Source of the DNA: Candidatus Poribacteria bacterium
GTDB taxonomy: Bacteria > Poribacteria > WGA-4E > WGA-3G
Length of the DNA: 64,000 nt
Assembly: GCA_965247285.1 (NCBI GenBank)
Contig: CBDFHD010000002.1
Coordinates: 1,139,772 to 1,203,771, forward strand
Direction: 5' to 3'
The position numbers and the translations under genes are program-made. The notes below the pieces were generated by a model. That model did no database searches. It saw only the letters and a program-made list of their open reading frames with translations, and was not told the origin of the DNA. Below are positions 9,132 to 18,275 of the stretch, one piece after another; position 1 is the stretch's first letter; every line of letters starts with the position of its first letter.

Positions 9132-9268
9132 AAATGTTTCCTTGGAATAGTTATCGGCTATCAGTTTGCTTCGTAGTGAGAACAGTGAGTTAAGGCATGT
9201 AGACTGCAAAAGCATCTTGCATGCCACGGCACTGATAACTATTTCTCTGTTTCTTGAAAGTGTGCGTT

Positions 9269-9610
9269 CTAATAGTTGCCCCAAAACTGAATACGGTTAC
9301 CTTCTGGATCGCGGATGTCGAAATTGGCAAGCCCATCGTCGTTCTCAAGCTTCCGTAATCGCAACCCTTTCGTCTTCAGTTCCTGATGAACGGTCCTGAC
9401 GCACTCAACGTGGAAGACGATTTTCTGTCTCCCTTCGTTTGGTTTGCTCGCGCTATGGAGGCACAACCTGCAAACCCCTGTGTTAAAGCGAGAAAAGCGA
9501 TGCTCAGGGAACGGCTGATCTTCGTCAGGAGACAATCCGACGACATCTCTGTAAAACGCGATTACAGATTTCATGTTTTTGACAAAAAGTATAATGCTGC
9601 CCAGCTCCAT
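9269..9610 (-). CDS. VOC (glyoxalase/bleomycin-resistance) family protein
   Basis: 113 aa. C-terminal FDIRDPEGNRIQFW is the classic VOC motif. Intact ORF inserted between nuoD and nuoE. Confidence 0.7.
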   Translation of the reverse strand: MELGSIILFVKNMKSVIAFYRDVVGLSPDEDQPFPEHRFSRFNTGVCRLCLHSASKPNEGRQKIVFHVECVRTVHQELKTKGLRLRKLENDDGLANFDIRDPEGNRIQFWGNY

Positions 9611-9642
9611 TTAGTCCCTCAAGCAAAAGTGTTATAACTCGT

Positions 9643-10839
9643 TTAGCGATCCAACTCCCCGGCAACAACATTCAGACTTCCCAAGACAGCCACAGTATCG
9701 GAAACCATCCCACCTTCTAACATTTGCGGCAGTGCTTGGAAGTGAAAGAAACTCGGTGGACGGATGCGGATGCGATAAGCGGTCCCGCTGCCATCACTCA
9801 CAATATAAAATCCGAGTTCCCCGTTCGGTGATTCGGTTGCACAATAATGCTCACCCTTTGGGGTTTCCACGCCGTGTCCGTCCATAACAACCTTAAAATG
9901 ATGGATTAAGCCTTCAATATGCCCATAAGCGTCGGACTTATCCGGCATCGTAATCTTGTTATCTTCGACGTTGACCGGTCCATCAGGCATATTATCCAGG
10001 ACTTGGGTAACGATACCACAACTCTGAATCATCTCCTCCATCCGGACGAGGTAGCGGTCGTAGGCATCACCGTTGGCTCCAACTGGCACATCAAATGTGA
10101 CTTCATCGTAACTGGAATACGGTTCAGCCTTGCGTATATCATGTGCTACGCCGGTGGCTCGAAGGCAGGGACCTGTTAACCCGTAACTGATGGCATCATC
10201 AGGTGAAATGGGTCCGACACCTTTTGTCCGATCCATCCAGATACGGTTCCGTGTGAGCAGCGTATGAGTCTCCTTCAACGCCTTCGGGAAGTCGCTGACG
10301 AATTGCCGTACATCTTCTTCACACCCAGCATAGAGGTCGCGAAGTACACCACCAACGCGCGTGTAACTGGTCGTCAACCGTGCTCCGGTCGTCTTTTCAA
10401 AGATACTATACAACTTCTCGCGTTCGCGGAAACTATAGAGGAATACAGAGAATGCTCCTAAGTCCAGCGCAGCAGTTCCCAACCATAATAGGTGATCTGC
10501 GAGTCGTGAGAGCTCCGCCATCAAAATACGGATGTATTGACACCGTTTTGGGACTTCAATGTCGAGCAACTGCTCAACAGCAAGCACATATCCGAAATTG
10601 TTAGACAACGGCGATAGATAGTTCATCCGGTCGGTTACAACAATGTACTGGTTGTAATCCAAGTGTTCACCAAGTTTCTCAAACCCGGTATGCAGGTAGC
10701 CTGCATGGGGTGTCGCCTTCAAAACGGATTCGCCATCAAGTTCTAACACAATGCGCAGGGTGCCGTGCGTTGCCGGATGTTGCGGACCGAAGTTGAGAAT
10801 CATCTTCTCACCTGTGGCGCGTTTCAGCCCACCTTGCAT
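9643..10839 (-). CDS. nuoD: NADH-quinone oxidoreductase subunit D
   Basis: 398-aa 49-kDa subunit homolog (LNFGPQHPATHGTLRIVLELDGE, MEEMIQSCGIV). Confidence 0.9.
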   Translation of the reverse strand: MQGGLKRATGEKMILNFGPQHPATHGTLRIVLELDGESVLKATPHAGYLHTGFEKLGEHLDYNQYIVVTDRMNYLSPLSNNFGYVLAVEQLLDIEVPKRCQYIRILMAELSRLADHLLWLGTAALDLGAFSVFLYSFREREKLYSIFEKTTGARLTTSYTRVGGVLRDLYAGCEEDVRQFVSDFPKALKETHTLLTRNRIWMDRTKGVGPISPDDAISYGLTGPCLRATGVAHDIRKAEPYSSYDEVTFDVPVGANGDAYDRYLVRMEEMIQSCGIVTQVLDNMPDGPVNVEDNKITMPDKSDAYGHIEGLIHHFKVVMDGHGVETPKGEHYCATESPNGELGFYIVSDGSGTAYRIRIRPPSFFHFQALPQMLEGGMVSDTVAVLGSLNVVAGELDR

Positions 10840-11006
10840 AAAATACTCCTTTTTTATAGTTATCGGTCTTCGGTTATCAGTTTTCAGTTAAGAGGTGGGT
10901 TTTTAACAACTTACCCTCCTCTTAGCGTACTCTGGAGCGTGGTAGATTGTTACCAAGTGACTTCTTAACCAATAACCGACAACTAACCACTGACAACCAC
11001 TTTGTC

Positions 11007-11555
11007 TTAGGCATTCTGTTTATCAAAATTAAAGCGTTCGCGCTCGCCACGTCCGCGGAGTGGATAATCCTTTCGGAGCGGGTGTCCCTCAAAATCGTCC
11101 GGCATCAAGATCCGGTGAAGATCGGGGTGTCCCTCAAAATTAATTCCGAACATGTCATAAGTTTCACGCTCTAACCAGTTCGCACCTTTCCACAATGCGG
11201 TAACAGATGGAATACTCAGGTCGTTTTCATGGACAGGCACTTTTACTCGGACACGACACTGTCCCTGATAGGAATAAAGCTGATAGACTACCATAAACCT
11301 CGCATAGTCAAACTGCATCAATTCGGATTCCATCTGTGAATTGTCGACGGCAGTAGCATCAACGAGAAAGGTATAGGCGAGTTCAGGATCTGTTTTCAGA
11401 TACTCCAAAATAGCGTAAACCTGTTCTTTACGTACAACAACGACAACAGTACCACGCATTTCGTCCTGTGCTAATAGGGCATCTGCGTGATGTTCCTCTA
11501 ATTTTGCAAGCACAAGAGGTTTCGGCTGTTCTTCGATTTCTTTCTCTTCATTCAT
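11007..11555 (-). CDS. nuoC: NADH-quinone oxidoreductase subunit C
   Basis: 182-aa 30-kDa subunit family. Sits between nuoB and nuoD. Confidence 0.85.
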   Translation of the reverse strand: MNEEKEIEEQPKPLVLAKLEEHHADALLAQDEMRGTVVVVVRKEQVYAILEYLKTDPELAYTFLVDATAVDNSQMESELMQFDYARFMVVYQLYSYQGQCRVRVKVPVHENDLSIPSVTALWKGANWLERETYDMFGINFEGHPDLHRILMPDDFEGHPLRKDYPLRGRGERERFNFDKQNA

Positions 11556-12082
11556 ACGACTGCCTCTACTCCTTTAGGTGAGGCACCACTGGTGATTTTC
11601 TGCTGCACCTGTAGCACCGCATCAATGAGATCTTCGGGTCTCGGCGGGCATCCGGGTATGTAGACATCTACGGGAATGAACTGATCAACGCCTTGAATTA
11701 ACGTATAGGTATCAAACACGCCACCGCAGGAAGCACATGCCCCCATCGAAATCACCCACTTCGGATCCGGCATCTGGTCATAGATACGTTTTAGCACCGG
11801 CATCATTTTGATAGAAATCCTGCCGGAAACGATGAGCAGATCGGATTGGCGGGGTGAAAATCGGATCGCTTCAGAACCGAATCGAGAGAGGTCGAATTTG
11901 GCAGCCAAGGTCGCCATCATCTCAATTGCGCAGCACGCTGTCCCAAACGGCATGGGCCACAACGAATTCTTGCGTCCCCAGTTGACGACCTTACCAATAG
12001 TCGTTGTGATGATGTTCCCATCCGTCTGTCCGACACCTTGTCCAACAAAATCTAATCCCATGTTAAGCCTCCTTTCTTCCAA
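11552..12082 (-). CDS. nuoB: NADH-quinone oxidoreductase subunit B
   Basis: 176 aa. PSST/20-kDa subunit with Cys ligands for cluster N2 ([24 protein letters not shown]). Confidence 0.9.
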   Translation of the reverse strand: MEERRLNMGLDFVGQGVGQTDGNIITTTIGKVVNWGRKNSLWPMPFGTACCAIEMMATLAAKFDLSRFGSEAIRFSPRQSDLLIVSGRISIKMMPVLKRIYDQMPDPKWVISMGACASCGGVFDTYTLIQGVDQFIPVDVYIPGCPPRPEDLIDAVLQVQQKITSGASPKGVEAVV

Positions 12083-12420
12083 GCGTAGATATAGCCGAGA
12101 AGAAGAATACCGATAAACACCAGCATTTCAACTAAAATAAACAAGCCACTCGTCTCAGAGAATTTCTTGAAGACCACTGCCCACGGGTAGAGGAACACCA
12201 CTTCGATATCGAAGATGATAAAGAGCATCGCAATGAGATCAAACCGGATAGTAAACCGTTGCCTCGCATCGCCGACTGGTTGGACACCGGATTCGTAAAC
12301 GGAGAGTTTAGCGCGGTTTGGGCGTTTGGGTCCAAGAATATGGGTTAGAGCGAGATTAATACCCGCAAAGAGAACTGCAAAGAGTCCTAACAACAAGATT
12401 GGAAGATAATCTATTAACAT
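12052..12420 (-). CDS. nuoA: NADH-quinone oxidoreductase subunit A
   Basis: 122-aa membrane protein with 3 TM helices. First gene of the cluster. Overlaps the nuoB start. Confidence 0.85.
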   Translation of the reverse strand: MLIDYLPILLLGLFAVLFAGINLALTHILGPKRPNRAKLSVYESGVQPVGDARQRFTIRFDLIAMLFIIFDIEVVFLYPWAVVFKKFSETSGLFILVEMLVFIGILLLGYIYAWKKGGLTWD

Positions 12421-12691
12421 TGTTTCTAATCTATTTTGCCCTCACACATCTTAATAATGTAAAGCAAAGACAAATTGTGCTTTAATAGCACAATTTGGCA
12501 TCGCAAACTTTGCCAAAGTAAAAGGTTAATGCCGACTCAAACACACATTTTTCTAATATGTTTAATAGTTTCTCATAATTCAAAAACATTGTCAAGTTTT
12601 TTTTAGAAAAAAACGAAAGATGAAAACAAATTTCTGGGGTTGGCACTTCAAACCTATGTGCTTCGTGCTGGATAAAAAACATATTTTCCTG

Positions 12692-12720
12692 TTGATATAG
12701 GGTCTGAAATGTAGTATACT
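12692..12720 (+). promoter_or_regulatory. sigma70-like promoter for the DUF433 gene
   Basis: TTGATA at 12692-12697, a 17-bp spacer, then TATACT at 12715-12720. Lies about 45 bp upstream of the 12767 start. Confidence 0.4.
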
Positions 12721-12766
12721 TATGACAAATCAGGCATGAAAGTTATCGGAGGTTATCATACTCAAA

Positions 12767-12985
12767 ATGAAACCTGAGCACGTGATAAACCAAGATCCTG
12801 AGATTCACGGGGGGACACCGGTGTTTGCGGGCACTCGTGTTCCCGTAAAAGCACTTATTGATCACCTCAAAGCCGGAGAGAGTCTTGACTATTTTCTTGA
12901 AGGGTTCCCTTCGGTTTCTCGGGAACAGGCAGTCGCTTTTTTAGAACTCGCGTTGACCCGAGCCATCCGATCCCATCGGTGGTGA
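12767..12985 (+). CDS. DUF433 domain protein (antitoxin-like partner of DUF5615)
   Basis: 72 aa. PEIHGGTPVFAGTRVPVKALIDHL matches the DUF433 fold seen upstream of DUF5615 PIN-like genes. Confidence 0.7.
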   Translation: MKPEHVINQDPEIHGGTPVFAGTRVPVKALIDHLKAGESLDYFLEGFPSVSREQAVAFLELALTRAIRSHRW

Positions 12986-13092
12986 TATACTCCCCTACTA
13001 AATCGGTGGTGTTGTTCCTGCGCGTCTGCATTCGTCACCCCACGATGTTGTAAGTACCCCAACCATTCAACCCCCCGGAGATCCAAAACCAC

Positions 13093-13280
13093 ATGCGCGT
13101 TCTCCTCGATGAAAACTTAGACTGGCGATTGGTACGATATTTTGACGCGGATTTTCAAGTCACCACGGTTTCTCGGCAAGGGTGGATCGGATTGAGGACA
13201 TTCACCCTGCTATGTTGAGAGTCAATGAAATGTTAAGAGAAGTTCAACCCGGACATGTCATCCACGTGCCGGCAAGCTAA
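13093..13280 (+). pseudogene. degraded DUF5615 (PIN-like, Mut7-C type) gene
   Basis: Frame 0 gives MRVLLDENLDWRLVRYFDADFQVTTVSRQGW, then a stop. Frame +2 from 13188 continues IEDIHPAMLRVNEMLREVQPGHVIHVPAS. The central roughly 30 aa of the domain is missing and there is a frameshift. Confidence 0.5.
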
Positions 13281-13308
13281 TGTGACCTTTTGCAGATAAC
13301 CGCAAGGT

Positions 13309-14064
13309 CTAAAACCGCTTCAAGCCTCCCCATGTTGTAGCCAGTTTTCTCCCAGGCGTTACGGCGAACCCACCGTTATTCGGAATGCTATCGCCGGTGA
13401 CACTGATGTTATCAAAGATTGCCGCGTAATTTGCAAGACCGAAACCTACGCCGCCTGTCAGAAAACTAGTCAGTTTGCCTGCTTTTGTCTTAATTTTTTG
13501 GCCGTTATGCATCAGAGCAAAATCATCTCCGGTTTCCACAATGTTCTTACTATTTAACCCTAAAATGAAGTGTTCCCCCTTAACGCTTAACTTTAGATGC
13601 GACCACTTGTTCAATTTTAAAAGCGGATGGCGCCCAGCGTAAAGGAGTGGGAACTTTACACCGTGCAAATCGCCTGTCACACAATCCACCCATGATCCGA
13701 GGAGAGGATCGTCATTAACCAGTACCACCGGATCGGCAAAACTACAGTAGAATAACACGCTCCCCTTAACCCGCGCTGCAATCGCTATAGCACTCCTACC
13801 GTGTTTCTTCAGCGGCTTAACATCAAATTCAATTGTGTAATCTTCCCATGTGTCATCACCCGTTGTGAGCAGACGCAGAAATGTCTCATGACTTACGGCG
13901 TGAAGTTCATCGTCAACAACGTCCCAAACACCGGGATCCTTATTCAACTGGACAAGCTCCTGCCAGTCCCTCAGTTCTTTGTGATCAAATGTTTCCAAAA
14001 ACGTCCCTGCCCAGGCAGAGAAAGGCAGGAGAAAAAGCACTACTACAATAGTTACAGATTTCAT
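13309..14064 (-). CDS. secreted hypothetical protein (possible ConA/LamG-like beta-sandwich)
   Basis: 251 aa with N-terminal signal peptide (MKSVTIVVVLFLLPFSAWAG). No confident family assignment. Confidence 0.5.
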   Translation of the reverse strand: MKSVTIVVVLFLLPFSAWAGTFLETFDHKELRDWQELVQLNKDPGVWDVVDDELHAVSHETFLRLLTTGDDTWEDYTIEFDVKPLKKHGRSAIAIAARVKGSVLFYCSFADPVVLVNDDPLLGSWVDCVTGDLHGVKFPLLYAGRHPLLKLNKWSHLKLSVKGEHFILGLNSKNIVETGDDFALMHNGQKIKTKAGKLTSFLTGGVGFGLANYAAIFDNISVTGDSIPNNGGFAVTPGRKLATTWGGLKRF

Positions 14065-14209
14065 AATGATCCTCCTCTCGAGGTTAAAGCCGCTTCAAGT
14101 TGGGTTGTTGGGTTTCGCTATCTCTATGTATACCAACAGGTCATTGAAAATCAGGATCTTCGGTACAAATAGAAGGTTCTGGAACTCTTACCGCTCAACC
14201 AGCACGGGG

Positions 14210-17200
14210 TTACAACGTGGGTAAATTTTTGACGATCTCCACGGTTTTCAGGCTGACGGTGATGACGCGGGCAATCAGATCCACGATATACCGTGGCTCC
14301 GACTCACGGTTCGGGTCGTTCACAATCCCGCTCCGTTTGTCTATCTTGACGCGGTACTGATCCACCACCCACTCCAACGCAGAACGTGTGCCGAGCCGAT
14401 AGTCGTAGACCGCCGCAGGGATGCCGTCCAGTGTCAGGAAATCGTTGTATTTCAGCTGCGTCTTGTCTTTGGACAATTTCATCTTCTCAACCCGCCAATC
14501 TACCGTCATCCCCGGCGTTTCAATGTATTTCAGCTTGTCGTATTTGGGAACGGATTCATAGTTGACGTGGAAGTCTGCTAACGCCGCGCCTGCGTTGGCG
14601 AATCCCCAAAAGTCTTCGGCGAAGGGGATATGCGGGAGATCGCGCTTGAGGTTTGCCTCGTATTTCTCACGATAGGTGGGTTGGTGCAGGAGACCGTAGT
14701 TATAGTGGAAGATGTCCCATTTGGTGATGGTGTCTTCGCCGTAGTGGGTTCGGAATTCGGTCAATGCCCAATCGGTGATGTTCTCTTGTCGATTGGTGCC
14801 GTCCTCGTCGTAGGTGTAGAAAGGGAAGCATTGAGAATCGCCTGTAAAATGGAAATCTGGAATTGCATCAACCATCAATGTGTGAAAGGATGTGTTTGTT
14901 CTCGGGGAACTTACACAGATTGTCCTGTTTTCTGTTTCTGCATCAGATGTCGGAAAAATTGAGGGAAACACGTACACGCACTCATTCATCATCCTATGAA
15001 AATAGAGGTGCAATTTCGTAAATGGTCGGTAAAAAGATGTTCGAATATTTACATCCGAAAACTCCGCCAATGTGCCTGTTCTCAACTTGGACTTCAGGCT
15101 CCGGGTCCACTTAATCTTGGTATCATTGGTATCTATAAAATCATTGACATTAATATCTCTGTTACTTCGCCGTTCCCATTGAAACACCTGTCCATTGTAA
15201 TACTCCATCATCTGTGTCAAATTATCTGTGAGGATATTTCGGGCGAAGTTGTAAACCCATGAATCGCGGGCAGTCACTACGCCAACGCTGTAAGTTTTAA
15301 AAAGTGTTCCTTCTGCATCTCCTTCACCTTTCTTTGATGTTTCACTCCCCATCGGGAGGAAGGTGTCAAATTCAGCATGGAGTCCTTCGGTGAGCCACGT
15401 ATAGCGACTATCAGGCGTTATTTCCTGCCAATCAACGTTTTGGTGATGCTGCTTTGAATTGAGATAATTATACTTCTCTTCCTTCCGCCAAAATTCATCA
15501 ACACTGGCATAGAAGATTTCGGCTATTTTCGAGACAGGTTTTGAATCTGTACTGATGGCATTTCTCTTAATAAAAAGATTAATGCTCACCCCGATCTGAA
15601 TCCCAAAGACATTGTGTGTTGTCCCCGACAATTTTGGATTCCTACGGACGTTCCCACCGAGATCTAAAATGTAAATTGCGTCGAAATCTTCTGCGAGGTG
15701 CTTCCGCATGCCGTCAAATGCGGTTCCGTCGAGAAAACCGTTATTTGTCACAAACGTGACAACACCTTCTTTCCCAATTCTCTTTGATGCCCAACTGAAT
15801 GCTTTCACATACGGATCGTATAATTTACTTTTCAGCTGCGCGGCGGAATCTCTTACATACGTCTCAGCAACCTGCTCGTCCATTAACTCATATTTCCGAT
15901 TTTTGTTATTATCGTTTTCATTCACTTGCCCCATGTTGTAAGGTGGATTGCCGATAACGACGAACATATCCGCTGTCTTCTGTCGCTCCACGCGTTCTGT
16001 GTTCTCGCGCGTAAAGAGTTCCCCTTGCCGCTGCTCCAGTAACTCAAACGTGTCCGCAAGTGCGATCCCTTCAAACGGCAGATACGTCCCCGTCCGTTGG
16101 AAGAATTCTTGCTCGATGTTCAGACTGGCGATGTAGTAGGGCAGGAGCATCACCTCGTTGCAGTGGAGTTCGTGGCGGTATTTCGTCTCTAACACCGTGC
16201 CTTGGATGTCCTGCATGAGTCGGACGATGAAGTTGCCTGTCCCGACGAACGGATCGATGATATGAACGCCGGTGTCCGATAGCGACCGACCGAATTCGGT
16301 TTCCAAGATGTGTTCCACACTTTTCACCATGAAATCGACGATAGGCTGCGGTGTGTAGACGATGCCGTGTGTGTCCGCCACATCCTCGGAGAACCCCTGA
16401 AAGAACTTCTCGTAAAACGTATTGAGGAAGTGCTGTTTTTGGGTGAAGTCTTGGCAGAGCGTCGCGGCCTGCTCAATGGCAGTATAAAACCGATCTAAAG
16501 GCTCAAGAAACACGTCACGACTCATTGCATAACGCATGAGCGCGGCACTGACTTTTTCAATCTCGACAGCGATGATATTTCGGCTTGTAAAGTCTGACCG
16601 GTTGAAAACGGTGCGAAAGATGCGTTCGGTGAGGATATGTTGGATGAGCATCTCCTCGACGGCATCCTGTGAGAGTTCCGGGTTGATGGAGGTGCGGCAG
16701 ATTTCGTAGAAATCGGTGAACGCCTTTTTGAAGGCTGGGTCGGTTTCGTGGCGTTGCTCAATGAGTTCTTTTAGTTTGTTTGCGAGGTCGGGTACATGTT
16801 CTCTGAAGTCGGTGACAGCGGTCTGCCAGTTTTCGAGCGCGGGTGGGACGTAAGCGAATAGGTATTGGAGTGCCGCAATTAAGTTTGCGGGTGCGGTGAT
16901 CTCGAGATCAAGTGCCTCACGTCCGTTTTGATACAGGATGGCGCGTTGTGGGGTTTGGAAGAGGATATTGTCGAGCGGGTAACCAGCCTCGCGTTTCTCC
17001 TGCACGGATATTGAGAGGTCGTCGTCTATATCCTTCGCTTCCCAGTAGGCGAGCGGGAGTCCGTATTCGTCGATGATTGCGCCGTCGATAACGATGCGAT
17101 TTCCTTTTGGGGCGCGCATTGGGTATTGGGGAACGAGTGTGGCGTTCATCTGCTTTGCGCAGGCATCGAGTAAGAAAGCGAAGGGGTTGCTGACCGCGCC

Positions 17201-17329
17201 TTCGTGCGTGATGTCGTGTTTATCGTATTGCTGCAGCGTGGCGTAGTAGTCTCGGACTGCTTTGTGGCTGGGTTTGAGGGTGAGTCGCGGCATAGGGGTA
17301 TGATAACAGGTTTTTGGAAGACAAGTCAA
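14210..17329 (-). CDS. MmeI-like type IIL/IIG restriction-modification enzyme (single-chain endonuclease plus N6-adenine methyltransferase)
   Basis: 1039 aa. N-terminal PD-(D/E)xK with D-x9-EAK spacing (IIDEYGLPLAYWEAKD) as in MmeI. SAM-binding FVGTGNF and gamma-class NPPY motif (VIGNPPYNMG). No helicase motifs. Long C-terminal TRD-like region. Confidence 0.7.
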   Translation of the reverse strand: MTCLPKTCYHTPMPRLTLKPSHKAVRDYYATLQQYDKHDITHEGAVSNPFAFLLDACAKQMNATLVPQYPMRAPKGNRIVIDGAIIDEYGLPLAYWEAKDIDDDLSISVQEKREAGYPLDNILFQTPQRAILYQNGREALDLEITAPANLIAALQYLFAYVPPALENWQTAVTDFREHVPDLANKLKELIEQRHETDPAFKKAFTDFYEICRTSINPELSQDAVEEMLIQHILTERIFRTVFNRSDFTSRNIIAVEIEKVSAALMRYAMSRDVFLEPLDRFYTAIEQAATLCQDFTQKQHFLNTFYEKFFQGFSEDVADTHGIVYTPQPIVDFMVKSVEHILETEFGRSLSDTGVHIIDPFVGTGNFIVRLMQDIQGTVLETKYRHELHCNEVMLLPYYIASLNIEQEFFQRTGTYLPFEGIALADTFELLEQRQGELFTRENTERVERQKTADMFVVIGNPPYNMGQVNENDNNKNRKYELMDEQVAETYVRDSAAQLKSKLYDPYVKAFSWASKRIGKEGVVTFVTNNGFLDGTAFDGMRKHLAEDFDAIYILDLGGNVRRNPKLSGTTHNVFGIQIGVSINLFIKRNAISTDSKPVSKIAEIFYASVDEFWRKEEKYNYLNSKQHHQNVDWQEITPDSRYTWLTEGLHAEFDTFLPMGSETSKKGEGDAEGTLFKTYSVGVVTARDSWVYNFARNILTDNLTQMMEYYNGQVFQWERRSNRDINVNDFIDTNDTKIKWTRSLKSKLRTGTLAEFSDVNIRTSFYRPFTKLHLYFHRMMNECVYVFPSIFPTSDAETENRTICVSSPRTNTSFHTLMVDAIPDFHFTGDSQCFPFYTYDEDGTNRQENITDWALTEFRTHYGEDTITKWDIFHYNYGLLHQPTYREKYEANLKRDLPHIPFAEDFWGFANAGAALADFHVNYESVPKYDKLKYIETPGMTVDWRVEKMKLSKDKTQLKYNDFLTLDGIPAAVYDYRLGTRSALEWVVDQYRVKIDKRSGIVNDPNRESEPRYIVDLIARVITVSLKTVEIVKNLPTL

Positions 17330-17362
17330 GGGGAACCTGACATATCCAGATTCTCTTTGGAT

Positions 17363-18007
17363 CTACGGCGACAAGCGTTTCATCTCCCATGCTCCATCGG
17401 GCAGTAGCGTATAACAGAGCCGATCATGAAGGCGGTTTGGACACCCTTGCCAAAATTCAAACAGATTCGGTACGAGCCGGTACCCACCCCAATGAGGGGG
17501 ACGCGGAATGGCATCGGGTGCATAAGTCTGTTCTGCGCGTTGATACCCCTCTGTAAGGTGCTCTCGTCCCGCAATCACAAGACTTTGGTGTTCTGTCTGC
17601 ACGGCGAGTTGACTCTCGACGGGACGGTTGGCGAAGTAGGCATCTGATTCTTCAGCACTCATCTTCTCCACAATACCCGTACTCCGAACTTGCCGGTCGA
17701 GTTCACGCCAATAGAACACCAACGCGGCGTTCGGATTCTCCGCGAGTTCCTTTCCCTTTTGGCTCTCATAGTCAGTGTAGAAACAGAAACCGTTCGCATC
17801 AAAGCCTCTGAGTACCACCATTCGGGCAGATGGAATCCCTTGTGGCGTTGCCGTTGCTAACGTCATAGCATCCGGCAAATCAAGTTTAGCGGCAATCGCA
17901 TCTGCGAACCATTGCTCAAACTGTTCAAACGGATCGGACGAGGCGTTCTCTTCAAGCAGATGTCCACTCTGTGCTCTATATTCTCTACGTAGTTTATCAG
18001 TGTTCAT
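17363..18007 (-). CDS. pdxH: pyridoxamine 5'-phosphate oxidase
   Basis: 214 aa. FMN-binding split-barrel motifs (MVVLRGFDANGFCFYTDYESQKG) and C-terminal RLHDR. Confidence 0.85.
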   Translation of the reverse strand: MNTDKLRREYRAQSGHLLEENASSDPFEQFEQWFADAIAAKLDLPDAMTLATATPQGIPSARMVVLRGFDANGFCFYTDYESQKGKELAENPNAALVFYWRELDRQVRSTGIVEKMSAEESDAYFANRPVESQLAVQTEHQSLVIAGREHLTEGYQRAEQTYAPDAIPRPPHWGGYRLVPNLFEFWQGCPNRLHDRLCYTLLPDGAWEMKRLSP

Positions 18008-18275
18008 TTTTTTAACTATGGTCTCCTGGGCTGTGCTCTATTACATTTTTTTAATTATTGGGTTTTCGCCCTGCGCTCCAAATGTAAAGCAAAGACAAAT
18101 TATGCCATTTAAGGCATAATTTCATTACGCGTAGGTTTTTGAGTATTCTGAATATCCTTCTTAAAATCGAACCGCAAGCCCGTAACGTAGTGGAGGGCGA
18201 CTCGAAATCAAAAACTTTCAAATTGCAGACCACGTTACTTATCCACAAGGTAAAATTAAAAAAACCGCGGACTGT

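Noticed and set aside
12482-12682. 66-aa ORF in the AT-rich region upstream of nuoA
   Set aside because: It lies in the nuo promoter/leader that also holds the repeat element. Lys/Phe/Leu-rich translation of AT-rich DNA. Not credible as a gene.
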